Below are positions 30,960 to 40,644 of a stretch of 64,000 nt of DNA, piece by piece. The notes under the pieces are model-generated. The model did no database searches and was not told where the DNA came from. It saw only the letters and a list, made by a program, of their open reading frames with translations. Position 1 is the stretch's first letter, and every line of letters begins with the position of its first letter. A program made the translations under genes and the position numbers. Source of the DNA: an uncultured candidate division Zixibacteria bacterium (GTDB taxonomy: Bacteria > Zixibacteria > MSB-5A5 > GN15 > FEB-12); contig CAWDXE010000007.1 of NCBI GenBank assembly GCA_963806185.1, positions 800,001-864,000 on the forward strand. The letters run 5' to 3'.

Positions 30960-31765
30960 AACTCGAATCCCGCCACTGGACTTTTCTCGGCCTATTCGTC
31001 GTCGTCGTGCTTACGATGAGTCTGGGGATCGATCTGAAAATGCCCGCCTCCAAAGAGGTCCGTCAGTTCTACAACTACATTGATTCCTTGCCTCCCGGCT
31101 CGACCCTGATCGTCTCGTTCGATCACGAGGCCTCCGCACTGCCCGAAATCCGCCCCCTTGCGCTCGCTGTCCTACGCCACATCTTCGCCAAAGGTCACAA
31201 AGTGATCGGCGTCGCTCTCCTCGCCGAGGGCACCGCGATCGGCTACCGCCTCATGGACCAGGTTGCTCAGGAAACGGGGAAGACCTACGGCACCGACTAC
31301 GTCTATCTCGGTTTTCAGCCGCAGTACATAGCCGCCATCCTCTCGATGGGCGAATCAATCACCACTACCTTTCCGAAAGACTATCTAGGTCATCCCAGCG
31401 CCACTCTGCCCATGCTCGCCACCGTCAGAAATTACGCCGACATAGCCGCGGCCGTCTCTATTGCCGATGGTAATCTGACCACCCATTGGATGGAGTACGC
31501 CGGTGCCCGCTACAATCTCCGCGTCGTGGCTGCCGTCACTGCGGCGATGGTCACGACCTACGACCCGTACCTGTCTTCCGGCCAGCTCTACGCCATGTTT
31601 GGCGGCTTGCGCGGCGCGGCTGAGTATGAACAGCTCCTCGGACAGCCCGGCAGCGGGACGCGGGCTATGCTCGCCCAATCCAGCGCCCACATCTACATTG
31701 CTCTGCTGGTGATACTCGGGAACGTCGTTTTCTTTATCGCCCGCCGAAAGAGGGGAGAGCGCTGA
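30956..31765 (+). CDS. Uncharacterised membrane-anchored protein of the DUF6754 operon
   Basis: TM at each end around an alpha/beta domain: YIDSLPPGS...SFD, YGTDYVYLGF, PYLSSGQL..MFGGLRGAAEYE. Confidence 0.75.
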   Translation: MKLESRHWTFLGLFVVVVLTMSLGIDLKMPASKEVRQFYNYIDSLPPGSTLIVSFDHEASALPEIRPLALAVLRHIFAKGHKVIGVALLAEGTAIGYRLMDQVAQETGKTYGTDYVYLGFQPQYIAAILSMGESITTTFPKDYLGHPSATLPMLATVRNYADIAAAVSIADGNLTTHWMEYAGARYNLRVVAAVTAAMVTTYDPYLSSGQLYAMFGGLRGAAEYEQLLGQPGSGTRAMLAQSSAHIYIALLVILGNVVFFIARRKRGER

Positions 31766-32376
31766 TGGACTGGGGCACTATCGTCGCCGGCCTCCTGACA
31801 CTCGCGGTTCTCACCTTCCTCTACCGCGACAACCCGATTTACAAATTTGCCGAATACTTGCTGGTCGGCGTCTCGATCGGCTACGTCATCGTGATCGCCT
31901 GGACAAACACCCTCACGGCCAAGCTTCTCACCCCGCTTTTTGAGAACGGTGATCTTGCCCTGGTCGTGCCGTTTCTACTCGGCCTCATGATGTTCGGCCG
32001 CTTTCACCGCAAGACAAGCGCCCTCTCCCGCATTCCGATTGCCGTGCTCATAGGCTCCGGCGCGGGGGTAGCCATCCCCGCCATGCTCGAGGCGCGCACG
32101 CTCAAACAACTCTCCGACACCGTCATGCCGCTTTTCACCGGCGGCGGCTTCAACTTCTCCGGCCTTGTGGTCATGGTCGGCGTTGTCACAACCATCTCAT
32201 ATTTCTACTTCAGCCGGGAACATGTCGGCTGGCTCGGTCGGTCGGCCAAAACGGGTACCTTCTTCCTGATGATCTTCTTCGGCACTACCTTCGGCTACAC
32301 CGTCATGTCGCGCATGTCGACCTTCATCGGCCGCGTTGAGTTCCTGCTGTCTGACTTCCTGAGGCTGACCCGATGA
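31765..32376 (+). CDS. Uncharacterised multi-pass membrane protein of the DUF6754 operon
   Basis: LTLAVLTFLYRDNPIYKFAEYLLVGVSIGY, YFYFSREH, FLMIFFGTTFGYTVMSR. Confidence 0.75.
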   Translation: MDWGTIVAGLLTLAVLTFLYRDNPIYKFAEYLLVGVSIGYVIVIAWTNTLTAKLLTPLFENGDLALVVPFLLGLMMFGRFHRKTSALSRIPIAVLIGSGAGVAIPAMLEARTLKQLSDTVMPLFTGGGFNFSGLVVMVGVVTTISYFYFSREHVGWLGRSAKTGTFFLMIFFGTTFGYTVMSRMSTFIGRVEFLLSDFLRLTR

Positions 32377-32510
32377 CCTGCCCCCGCTGCAAATCGGCCA
32401 TGATCGAACAAAAGCGGACCTTTCATAAACAACGCAAATGGATCTGCCCCAAATGTGGCAGAACCCGCTTTCAGCAGCTCAGGAAGCCGACTCCAAAACG
32501 ATCAAATTGA
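32373..32510 (+). CDS. Small Zn-ribbon protein (45 aa, absent from the ORF track)
   Basis: MTCPRCKSAMIEQKRTFHKQRKWICPKCGRTRFQQLRKPTPKRSN; ATGA overlap with the upstream stop; two CxxC pairs. Confidence 0.65.
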   Translation: MTCPRCKSAMIEQKRTFHKQRKWICPKCGRTRFQQLRKPTPKRSN

Positions 32511-32538
32511 TGTAACTGTTACCGGCATCGCACGTATA
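32511..32538 (+). promoter_or_regulatory. Putative ECF (SigW-like) promoter upstream of the DUF72-ABC unit
   Basis: TGTAAC-N16-CGTATA. Confidence 0.5.
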
Positions 32539-32581
32539 TATTGCAACCGGCCGAGCCGCCCTTTGCTTACCGGCCTGAACA

Positions 32582-33364
32582 ATGGACCAGAAACAAAACG
32601 TTCGCATCGGAACCTCCGGCTTCTCCTTTGAGGACTGGCGCGGTAACTTTTACCCCGCCGGCATCGAGAAGGGGAAGATGCTCGATCATTACGTGCACTT
32701 CTTTACCACGGTCGAGATCAACTCGACCTACTACCGCATTCCACATCCCAAAGTGATGGCCAACATGGCCGCCAAAGCGCCGGCCGGATTCGACTTCATG
32801 GTCAAGGTTCCGCAATCATTCACTCACCGCCGCACTGACCTCGATACCGATCGCGCACACTTTCACGAAGCAATCAAGCCGCTCGCCGAAACCGGCCGCA
32901 TCTCCGGCTTGCTCGCTCAATTCCCCTATTCGTTCAAGTTCACGCCCGACAACTTGGATTATCTCACGATCTGTCGCGATGCGGTAGCCCCGCACTCGCT
33001 GTTTGTCGAATTCCGCCACGACGGGTGGGTCAATCGCACCATGTACGACCGCCTTCGCTCCGACGGCATCGGGTACGTTTGCGTGGACGAACCGCCGCTC
33101 CCCGGCCTCCTCAAGCCCGACCTCTTTGCCACCACCGAAATAGCTTACCTCCGCTTGCACGGCCGCAACACGGAGCACTGGTGGGAGGGGGGCGATAAAC
33201 GATACGATTACTTGTATTCCGAATCCGAGCTCTCCGAATGGCGCGACAAAGTGAATAAGATCGCGGCCAAGGTGAAACAGGCCTACGTCTACTTCAATAA
33301 CTGTTACGAGGGGCAAGCCGTCCGCAATGCCACCGAATTCATGCAGCTTCTCAAGACCCAATAG
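32582..33364 (+). CDS. DUF72 family protein
   Basis: RIGTSGFSFEDWRGNFYP, TVEINSTYY, VEFRH, YLRLHGRN, YDYLYS, YFNN. Confidence 0.92.
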   Translation: MDQKQNVRIGTSGFSFEDWRGNFYPAGIEKGKMLDHYVHFFTTVEINSTYYRIPHPKVMANMAAKAPAGFDFMVKVPQSFTHRRTDLDTDRAHFHEAIKPLAETGRISGLLAQFPYSFKFTPDNLDYLTICRDAVAPHSLFVEFRHDGWVNRTMYDRLRSDGIGYVCVDEPPLPGLLKPDLFATTEIAYLRLHGRNTEHWWEGGDKRYDYLYSESELSEWRDKVNKIAAKVKQAYVYFNNCYEGQAVRNATEFMQLLKTQ

Positions 33365-33418
33365 TCACGTTGAAAAGTGAGCAGAATGTTCCACATAACC
33401 AGCGAGGGTAAGTAGGGT

Positions 33419-34354
33419 ATGTTACTCGAACTTCAGAATATCCGGAAACAGTTCGACGATAAAGTCGCCGTTGCAGGACTGTCGCTCGGCGTGCCAAAAG
33501 GTGCCATCTACGGCATCATCGGACCCAACGGCGCGGGGAAAACCACCTCGATCCGCATGATTATGAATATCACCGCTCCCGACTCCGGTTCGATTCTCTT
33601 CGAGGGAAACCAAATCGACGAGCATTTCAAGAATCGGGTCGGGTACTTGCCCGAAGAGCGCGGCCTGTACAAAAAAATGACGCTCGAAGAGGTCATCGTG
33701 TATATGGCCGAACTCAAAGGCTTTCCGAAAAGCCGCACCATGCCCAAAATTGACCCATGGCTCGAACGCATGGGTTTGAAAGACTACCGGCTCAAGAAAG
33801 TTGAGGAACTCTCCAAGGGTATGGCTCAGAAACTGCAGTTCATTACCACCGTCCTGCACGAGCCCGAAATCGTCATTCTCGACGAACTCTTTTCCGGCCT
33901 CGATCCACTCAATATGGAATTGATGAAAGGCGTCCTGCTTGACCTCAAGAGGGAAGGGAAGACCATCCTCTTTTCCACCCATGTCATGGAGCAGGCCGAA
34001 AAACTGTGTGACTATGTCTGCATGATCTCAAAGGGACAGAAGGTCCTCGACGGCCGCTTGAGCGACGTCAAAGCCCAGTTTGGCAAGAACGCAGTTCAGG
34101 TCGAGTTCGAGGGCGACGGCGCCTTCCTGAATGCGCTCCCAAGCGTGCAAAACGTAACCGCCTTCAATAACTACTATGAACTCCGCCTCAAGCCGGGTGC
34201 GGACGCCAAGGCATTGCTCAAAACGATGGTGGAGCGCGTTGCTATCAGCCGCTTCCAGATCGTCGAACCGTCTCTCTACGACATTTTCATCGAGGTCGCC
34301 AAGGTCGATCCGTCCGAAGTTCACCAGTCCGCACAGGGGGTGTCGCATGTCTAA
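33419..34354 (+). CDS. ABC exporter ATP-binding protein (NatA/YhaQ-like)
   Basis: GPNGAGKTT, LSKGMAQK, ILDE, STH; C-terminal EPSLYDIFI. Confidence 0.92.
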   Translation: MLLELQNIRKQFDDKVAVAGLSLGVPKGAIYGIIGPNGAGKTTSIRMIMNITAPDSGSILFEGNQIDEHFKNRVGYLPEERGLYKKMTLEEVIVYMAELKGFPKSRTMPKIDPWLERMGLKDYRLKKVEELSKGMAQKLQFITTVLHEPEIVILDELFSGLDPLNMELMKGVLLDLKREGKTILFSTHVMEQAEKLCDYVCMISKGQKVLDGRLSDVKAQFGKNAVQVEFEGDGAFLNALPSVQNVTAFNNYYELRLKPGADAKALLKTMVERVAISRFQIVEPSLYDIFIEVAKVDPSEVHQSAQGVSHV

Positions 34355-35678
34355 GTTCTGGGTAATCTTTAAGCGCGAATATGCGCAGGTCGTCAAGAAG
34401 AAATCGTTCATTTTCGGTATCCTCCTCACGCCGGCGCTGATGGCCGTATTCACCATCCTGCCCAGCTGGCTGGCGACTCAGAAGGCGACCGAATCGATCA
34501 AGCTGGCCGTTATCGACCTGAGTCAGTCCGGCGCCGGTCAGAAATTCAGTTCGTCGCTCGCCGAGTACGAATTGGAAAAAGACGGCAAAAAGACCGGCGT
34601 TCCGTATTACCTCATCACCAATGTCTTTACGTTGCCCGGCAGCTCCGACAGCCGCTACCAGGTCGTTTACGATTCGTTGGCCGAGCTCGTGACCAGCAAG
34701 GAACTGAGCTACTTCCTGGTGATCAAACCCGGCTACATTGAGAATCCTAAGGACAGCCTCTTCCTGGTGACCAACGCCACTGAATTCATCACGCAGAGTC
34801 GGTTTGAAAACAAGATGTCCAATATCATCTCCACCGACCGGCTTCAGGCCTCCAGCATCAATCTCCCGGTTGACTCGGTACTGAAACTGACAAGGGGGAT
34901 TGATCTCACCACCCGCGATACTCGCGGCGAGTCGGTGCCGTTCTTCGTCAAGTACATCGCGGCTATCGTTTTCGTTATGTTGATCTACATCATGATCCTG
35001 ACCTACGGTCAGACTGTCATGCGCTCTGTCATTGAGGAAAAAACTTCCCGAATAATGGAAGTTCTGGTTTCCTCCGTCTCGCCTTTCCAACTGATGCTCG
35101 GCAAGATCCTTGGCCTCGGGGCGGCCGCCTTTACGACCGTGGCTATCTGGATTCTCCTCGGCGGTGTCGCCTTTGCCGTCAGCGGAGCCATGGCCCTGAA
35201 GCTTGACCCAGGGACAGTGAAAGTACTGCTCAACCCCATGGTGGTGATATTCTTCGCTCTTTTCCTGACTGTCGGCTATATCCTCTATTCAACTCTCTTC
35301 GCTCTGGTTGGTTCAATTGTGAACAGCGACAAAGAAGCGCAGAATTTCATCTTTCCGATCGTCATGTGCCTGATCCTGCCCATGATCCTCGGCATGTCCG
35401 TTATCCAGGATCCTAATTCGACTCTCGCCCGGACCCTCTCATTGATTCCCTTCTTTGCGCCGACAATGATGATGATGCGAATTGTTTTTGTTGCGCCGAC
35501 CGTGACTTCGTATTCATTCTTCTCAGGGATTCTGGCGGAATCGACCCTGTCGTTTCTCCTGGTCACCCTGACGACGGTCGGAATGGTCTGGCTGAGCGCG
35601 CGTATTTTCCGCGTCGGGATCCTGATGTACGGCAAGCGTCCGACTCTGCCGGAGCTTGTCAAATGGATAAAATATTAG
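34347..35678 (+). CDS. ABC-2 exporter permease (NatB/YhaP-like)
   Basis: VIFKREY..VKKKSF; SVIEEKTSRIMEVLVSSV...LMLGKILG; IFRVGILMYG. Confidence 0.9.
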   Translation: MSKFWVIFKREYAQVVKKKSFIFGILLTPALMAVFTILPSWLATQKATESIKLAVIDLSQSGAGQKFSSSLAEYELEKDGKKTGVPYYLITNVFTLPGSSDSRYQVVYDSLAELVTSKELSYFLVIKPGYIENPKDSLFLVTNATEFITQSRFENKMSNIISTDRLQASSINLPVDSVLKLTRGIDLTTRDTRGESVPFFVKYIAAIVFVMLIYIMILTYGQTVMRSVIEEKTSRIMEVLVSSVSPFQLMLGKILGLGAAAFTTVAIWILLGGVAFAVSGAMALKLDPGTVKVLLNPMVVIFFALFLTVGYILYSTLFALVGSIVNSDKEAQNFIFPIVMCLILPMILGMSVIQDPNSTLARTLSLIPFFAPTMMMMRIVFVAPTVTSYSFFSGILAESTLSFLLVTLTTVGMVWLSARIFRVGILMYGKRPTLPELVKWIKY

Positions 35679-35696
35679 TGACGGAATGATCGACGC

Positions 35697-36626
35697 ATGA
35701 AGTTTAAGGCGCACCTGATGAAAATCGGACTTGTCACGGCCACCGTGCTGGCTGTGGGCGTTGGGACGATGTCCCTCCTGGAAGGTTCGGAATCGATTGT
35801 CCAGGCCTCTGTTGGACCGAAACCAGCTTATGACTTGGCCTACGACAAGTGCATTACCAAGGGCTTGAAAATCAACCTCGCCTCCGCCGTTCTGGTGGAT
35901 TATGAATCGGGCGAGGTTCTCTATGCCAAGAACCCCGACTCGATCAGACCCATCGCCTCAATCAGCAAACTGGTGGCTGCCATGGTCATAATCGACAAGG
36001 GCCTGGACATGTCTATGACCCAGACCATTTCGCGCGAGGATGCTTTCCACTCGTCCAAATCGAGACTCGCGGTCGGCTACAAATTGACCTTGAAAGACCT
36101 GCTCTATGCCGGTCTCTTGGTATCCGATAACCGGGCCATCCGAGCTCTGGCACGGGCCGTCTCGGGCGACTATGATTCCTTTGCCGCTGAAATGAACGCC
36201 AAGGTCAAAGCACTCGGTCTGCAGAATACGCAGTTCTATGATCCGACCGGACTCGACGCTCGCAATGTATCAACTGCCCACGAGGTCGCGTTAATCATCT
36301 ACCACTCTTCCAAGTACAAGACGATCACGGATATTACATCCCTCTCGAGCTACCCAGCCAGGATTTTGAATCGCAAACGGACCTTCCGCATCCTTCGGAA
36401 CACCAATGATCTGGTTAAGTCAAAACAGTACGACGTACTGGCGGGAAAGACCGGCTACATTCGAGCCTCGGCCTATTGTTTGGCCACACTCGTAGCCAAT
36501 AATAGGGGCGACAAGCTGACGTTGGTAGTTCTCGGCGCGCCGGGGGAGAAGCTCCGCTTTCGCGAGGCTCGCAAGATGGCCGACTGGGGCTTCAAACAGC
36601 TCAAGACGCTGTCGACGCGCGGCTGA
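35697..36626 (+). CDS. Peptidase S11, D-alanyl-D-alanine carboxy/endopeptidase (PbpG-like)
   Basis: SxxK (ASISKL), SDN, KTG; N-terminal signal/TM. Confidence 0.9.
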   Translation: MKFKAHLMKIGLVTATVLAVGVGTMSLLEGSESIVQASVGPKPAYDLAYDKCITKGLKINLASAVLVDYESGEVLYAKNPDSIRPIASISKLVAAMVIIDKGLDMSMTQTISREDAFHSSKSRLAVGYKLTLKDLLYAGLLVSDNRAIRALARAVSGDYDSFAAEMNAKVKALGLQNTQFYDPTGLDARNVSTAHEVALIIYHSSKYKTITDITSLSSYPARILNRKRTFRILRNTNDLVKSKQYDVLAGKTGYIRASAYCLATLVANNRGDKLTLVVLGAPGEKLRFREARKMADWGFKQLKTLSTRG

Positions 36627-36650
36627 CGGCAGTCACAAATTTCCCTGTGT

Positions 36651-36690
36651 AAACGGGTCGTCGTGGGCTTAACACGGCGCCCCGTTTTTT
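36651..36690 (+). terminator. Intrinsic terminator after the S11 peptidase gene
   Basis: AAACGGG-TCGTCGTG / CACGGCG-CCCCGTTT stem followed by a T-tract. Confidence 0.7.
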
Positions 36691-36703
36691 CTTTTCCCTC
36701 CAT

Positions 36704-36897
36704 GTCACCCCGGCGAGACCGGGGGCCCATTCCTGCATTCGCACACCGAACGCCCATCCATGAGTCATTGCGAGACTCGCTTCTTAGCGAGGCGTGGCAA
36801 TCCTTCAGTTCGTGGGGTATTCCGCAGGCTGGCGTACGTCCCGTGCGCCAGCCAACCATCGGGCGAACTCATCTGCCCATTCATGAAGAGCTTTGCC
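36704..36897. repeat. Cluster of REP-like palindromic elements
   Basis: GTCACCCCGGCGAGACCGGGGGCCCA, GTCATTGCGAG...CGTGGCAATCC, GCAGGCTGGCGTAC...GTGCGCCAGCC, GGCGAACTC...GAGCTTTGCC. Confidence 0.55.
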
Positions 36898-37064
36898 TGT
36901 CTGAATTACTCGTCCGGCTTGTTGAAAAATCTGAAATGCGAGTACAACCTACGAGCGGAAACTCCTGGTATCACGCGTTTATAATGGATACTTGCCCCCA
37001 GTCATTTCGCTTGACATGTGATTGGAGTCTTCAATACTTTTGACGACATCAGTCACGCTGATGA

Positions 37065-38253
37065 TTGCGAGTCAATATGATAGCTTCAGCACACAACGGA
37101 ATCCACCGACTTTCCCGATTGCTAATCTCGGAGGTTCTCCATTTCTGCAGATTCATCCTTGCCAGAAGATCAACGGCGATTTGGACAGTTATCCTAATAG
37201 CCTCGTCGGTACTCATGGTTTCTTGTGATGACAAGGGCACTGATCCTGTCTATAAACCAAGAGACTATCCGATTTATTTCTGGGATGCAACGGGGAGCGG
37301 CCGTTTCTTCTCGTATCATCCTACCGATAAGTCGATTGACACTTTCTCGCTTTCATTGCCCGTGCCTTACGGCATGAGCGTTTCCGCCGATGGCTCACGG
37401 CTGTATATTCCGTGTGCGATTGGGTGCATCGTCGCCGATGCCCGTTTCGCACGAGATCATCGATACGCTCAATATTCCTGGTGCCGTGGCCGAGTCCCCG
37501 GACGGCAAACTGGCCGCGCTGGTCACTGACAGTCTGATCATTTTCCGGCGGTGCGATTCGAGCCGAGTACTCACGTTACCTGATGGATCGTCCGCCGGGA
37601 TGTTCACCAAAGACTCCAAACACTTCTTAACTACGGGTGCAGGTCCAGTTGATCGCTATGTGATTTGTGCGACGCTGTCGGGCAATGTCGGTGCCGTAAG
37701 GAAGACTTTCGATAGCTGCAGCGTATTCGCAGTAGGTGGTAACTCCGACGCCACGCGATGGTTTCTTTACGTCGTCTATGATTTGTGGGTGTGTGGATTT
37801 CTTGTATACGATGTTCGAACTGACAGCATCATTTACCGACACACGCTCATCCCGGGCTCGGGATTCATCGCAGTGACTAACAACTATGTGGTGTACACCA
37901 ATGGCGGGTCGATAATGGTCGGTCCGCCCCCACCGTCGGAATTCTATATTTATGACATCAAGGCAAATGCCCTGGCGGCGACCGTTTCCACGGTCGGCGC
38001 GAAGGTGGGACGAATCCAATTGTTCTGCCACCAGCGAGGTAGCGGTGACTCCGGACGGCAAAGACATCCTTCAATTGCAGGCCGCGTGGGGCGCACGCTG
38101 TCGCACTACAGTCTGAGTCAGATGAGATGCTCAACTATATCGAGATGGAGGAGATACAAGAGCCCGGGACTTGGGCTGTCAGTCCGGCAGGTGAAAGAGC
38201 AATACAACTTGGGAACCAGGCTTGCCCGTCGGGCAAACTCATCTTCCGTTTGA
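37065..38253 (+). pseudogene. Frameshifted beta-propeller (YncE-like) lipoprotein; pseudogene or assembly error
   Basis: Lipobox MVSC-DDKGTDP; propeller turns SVSADGSRLY, AESPDGKL, and VAVTPDGKD in another frame; coding signal changes frame near 37445 and again after about 38020. Confidence 0.55.
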
Positions 38254-38328
38254 CAGGAGTTTTGCCATCTTGTCTCGCCCACGTCCTGAGCGCCGAAGGG
38301 CAACGACAAATTTCACACCCATAAAGAC

Positions 38329-38353
38329 AAAAGGCCCGCCTTCGCGAGCCTCT
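38329..38353 (-). terminator. Intrinsic terminator after the helicase gene
   Basis: Minus strand AGGCTCGC-GAAG-GCGGGCCT-TTTGTCTTT. Confidence 0.65.
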
Positions 38354-40632
38354 CACCCCACCGTCACCGCCAGCATGTACTCCAGCAGCTTCTTTACCCC
38401 CTCTTTGCCCCCCTCGCCAACCTCCAGCGGCGGCCCGATGCAGGTCGGACACCCGCCCGCACACGGGCAGTTGCGAACATGCTCCAGACATGCTTCAAAC
38501 AACTTCTCCGCCTCGATAAACAGCTTCTCCGACAACCCCACTCCGCCGGGAATATTCTCATACACATAGATCGTCGGCAACTCCGTAAACGGCGCCCGCA
38601 CCTGCGAAATCGACCGCAAGTCGCGCGGATCGCACATCACCCAGAGCGGCGCGATCGTGCCGATCACATTCGCCAGTCCGCGCAATGCTCCGCCGAACAC
38701 GCTTCCCTGAAGGTTCAGCTTGGCGGCAATATCTCCCGGAAACGCATACCAGAACGCATGAGTGTGCATCTCCAGTTCGGGCAGCGTCAGTTGCCCCGAG
38801 CCGACATTCTCATGCGTCTCAAACTTGATCTTCTTGAACAGCACCGTCACACACGTCACCGAAACTTCGCCGCAGCAGGCGTGAGCGTTATCGAGCGTCT
38901 GCGTCTGCTGATTGAGCGCCAGCACCTTCAGGTCGGATTTCGTCTCGGCGTCGGTGTAGTAATCAACCGACACCTCTTTGACGTACGCTTTCTTTCCCTC
39001 CCAATCCAGATTCGTCACCTGATACTGGTTGGCCCCGTGAAGGTAGATTGCCTCGGGATGCAGAAAGATCGGCGCCGAGAAATAGTCGACCTCGCCGATC
39101 ACCTCGGACTGTCTCGATTCATTGAGTATGACAAAATTATCCGGCGACGCCGACCTGAGCGACACCTGCTGCGCCGGGTAGATCTCGCTCGACCAGTGAT
39201 ACCGTCCTCCCGAATTGCGCAGGATCCGTTCGTCCGCCAGGTAACCCAGGATGCCGGCCGTATTGGCGTCCGAACCATACTCATCCTGGTCAAACGGTAG
39301 TTCAAACACCGCACACTTCAGATGATTCGTCTTGATGATCAGGTTATCCGGATCGATAATTCCCGACTCCGGCGTACGGTCAAACAGATATTTCGGCTCC
39401 GCCACCAGAAACTGATTGATCGCCGTCGAATTGGCCACCAGCACCGTCACCGCCGTTCCCGACCGCCGCCCGGCTCGTCCGGCCTGCTGCCAGAGTGACG
39501 CTATCGAGCCGGGGTACCCCACAATGATCGACACATCGAGCGACCCGATATCTATCCCCAGCTCGAGCGCATTGGTCGACACCACTCCGGTAATCTCGCC
39601 GTTGCGCAGTCCCTGCTCGATCCGCCGCCGTTCATTGGGCAAATACCCACCACGATACCCCGCCACCGAAATCCCCTGCCCGAAGTCACCTTTGAGTTCG
39701 CGCTGGAGATAGGTGAGCAGCACCTCGACATATAACCGGTAATGCGCAAAGACAATCGTCTGAATTTTGTTGCGCAGGAACATCGCCGCCACGCGAGCCG
39801 CCTCGGTCACCGATGATTTCCTGATTCCCAACTGCTTGTTCAAGACCGGCGGATTGTACACGATGACATGCTTCTCGCCCGACGGTGCGCCGTTGTTGTC
39901 GATCAACCTGACCGGCCGTTGGATAATCCTCTGGGCCAGATCATCAGGATTGGCAATCGTCGCCGAACAACAGATGAACGTCGGATTCGAGCCATAAAAT
40001 CTACAGATCCGCTGCAGCCGCTTGATGACGTTCGCCAGATGCGATCCGAACACACCCCGGTAGTGATGAATCTCGTCGATCACCACATACTGCAGATTCT
40101 CGAACAGCTTGATCCACTTGGTATGATGGGGAAGAATCCCCGCATGCAGCATGTCCGGATTGGTAACGACGATGTGTCCCGCCGACCGAATCGCCCGCCG
40201 TGCCGTTTGCGGCGTGTCCCCGTCAAACGTGTAGGTTTTGATATCGACATCGAGCCTCTGGATCAGATCATACAGTTCACTCAGTTGGTCCTGGGAAAGC
40301 GCCTTGGTAGGGAAGAGGTACAACGCGCGCGCATTCGGATCTTTGAGAATCCGCTGTAACACGGGAATGGTGAAGCATAGGGTCTTGCCCGAGGCCGTCG
40401 GCGTCACCACCACCAGATCTTCGTTGTTCATCGCCGCTTGCACTGCCTCGGCCTGGTGGCTGTACAACTGCTTGACGCCTCGACGGGCCAACGCGTCGGT
40501 CAGCCGCCGATCAAGCCCGGCCGGAAAATCGGCATACACCGGCTCTCGCGATGGCAGCGTCCGCCATACCGCTATATTCTTCTTGAAATCGGAATCAGTG
40601 CGAAGAACGTCGAGAAGTTGCTCAAGCGTCAT
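38353..40632 (-). CDS. SF2 DEAH-box helicase with C-terminal DUF1998 Zn-binding domain (MrfA/YprA/SftH/Hrq1 family)
   Basis: PTASGKT, FPTKALSQDQ, DEIH, SAT, STNALELGIDIG, QQAGRAGR; C-terminal CPCAGGCPTC. Confidence 0.92.
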   Translation of the reverse strand: MTLEQLLDVLRTDSDFKKNIAVWRTLPSREPVYADFPAGLDRRLTDALARRGVKQLYSHQAEAVQAAMNNEDLVVVTPTASGKTLCFTIPVLQRILKDPNARALYLFPTKALSQDQLSELYDLIQRLDVDIKTYTFDGDTPQTARRAIRSAGHIVVTNPDMLHAGILPHHTKWIKLFENLQYVVIDEIHHYRGVFGSHLANVIKRLQRICRFYGSNPTFICCSATIANPDDLAQRIIQRPVRLIDNNGAPSGEKHVIVYNPPVLNKQLGIRKSSVTEAARVAAMFLRNKIQTIVFAHYRLYVEVLLTYLQRELKGDFGQGISVAGYRGGYLPNERRRIEQGLRNGEITGVVSTNALELGIDIGSLDVSIIVGYPGSIASLWQQAGRAGRRSGTAVTVLVANSTAINQFLVAEPKYLFDRTPESGIIDPDNLIIKTNHLKCAVFELPFDQDEYGSDANTAGILGYLADERILRNSGGRYHWSSEIYPAQQVSLRSASPDNFVILNESRQSEVIGEVDYFSAPIFLHPEAIYLHGANQYQVTNLDWEGKKAYVKEVSVDYYTDAETKSDLKVLALNQQTQTLDNAHACCGEVSVTCVTVLFKKIKFETHENVGSGQLTLPELEMHTHAFWYAFPGDIAAKLNLQGSVFGGALRGLANVIGTIAPLWVMCDPRDLRSISQVRAPFTELPTIYVYENIPGGVGLSEKLFIEAEKLFEACLEHVRNCPCAGGCPTCIGPPLEVGEGGKEGVKKLLEYMLAVTVG

Positions 40633-40644
40633 GACTGGCCTGGG

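Noticed and set aside
36663..37043. 126-aa ORF after the S11 peptidase
   Set aside because: It runs through a terminator and REP-like palindromes and has no protein-like features.
38353..40632. DISARM or Druantia defence system suggested by the DUF1998 helicase
   Set aside because: Single fused MrfA/Hrq1-type helicase in housekeeping context; no methylase, DrmA/DrmC or other defence genes nearby.
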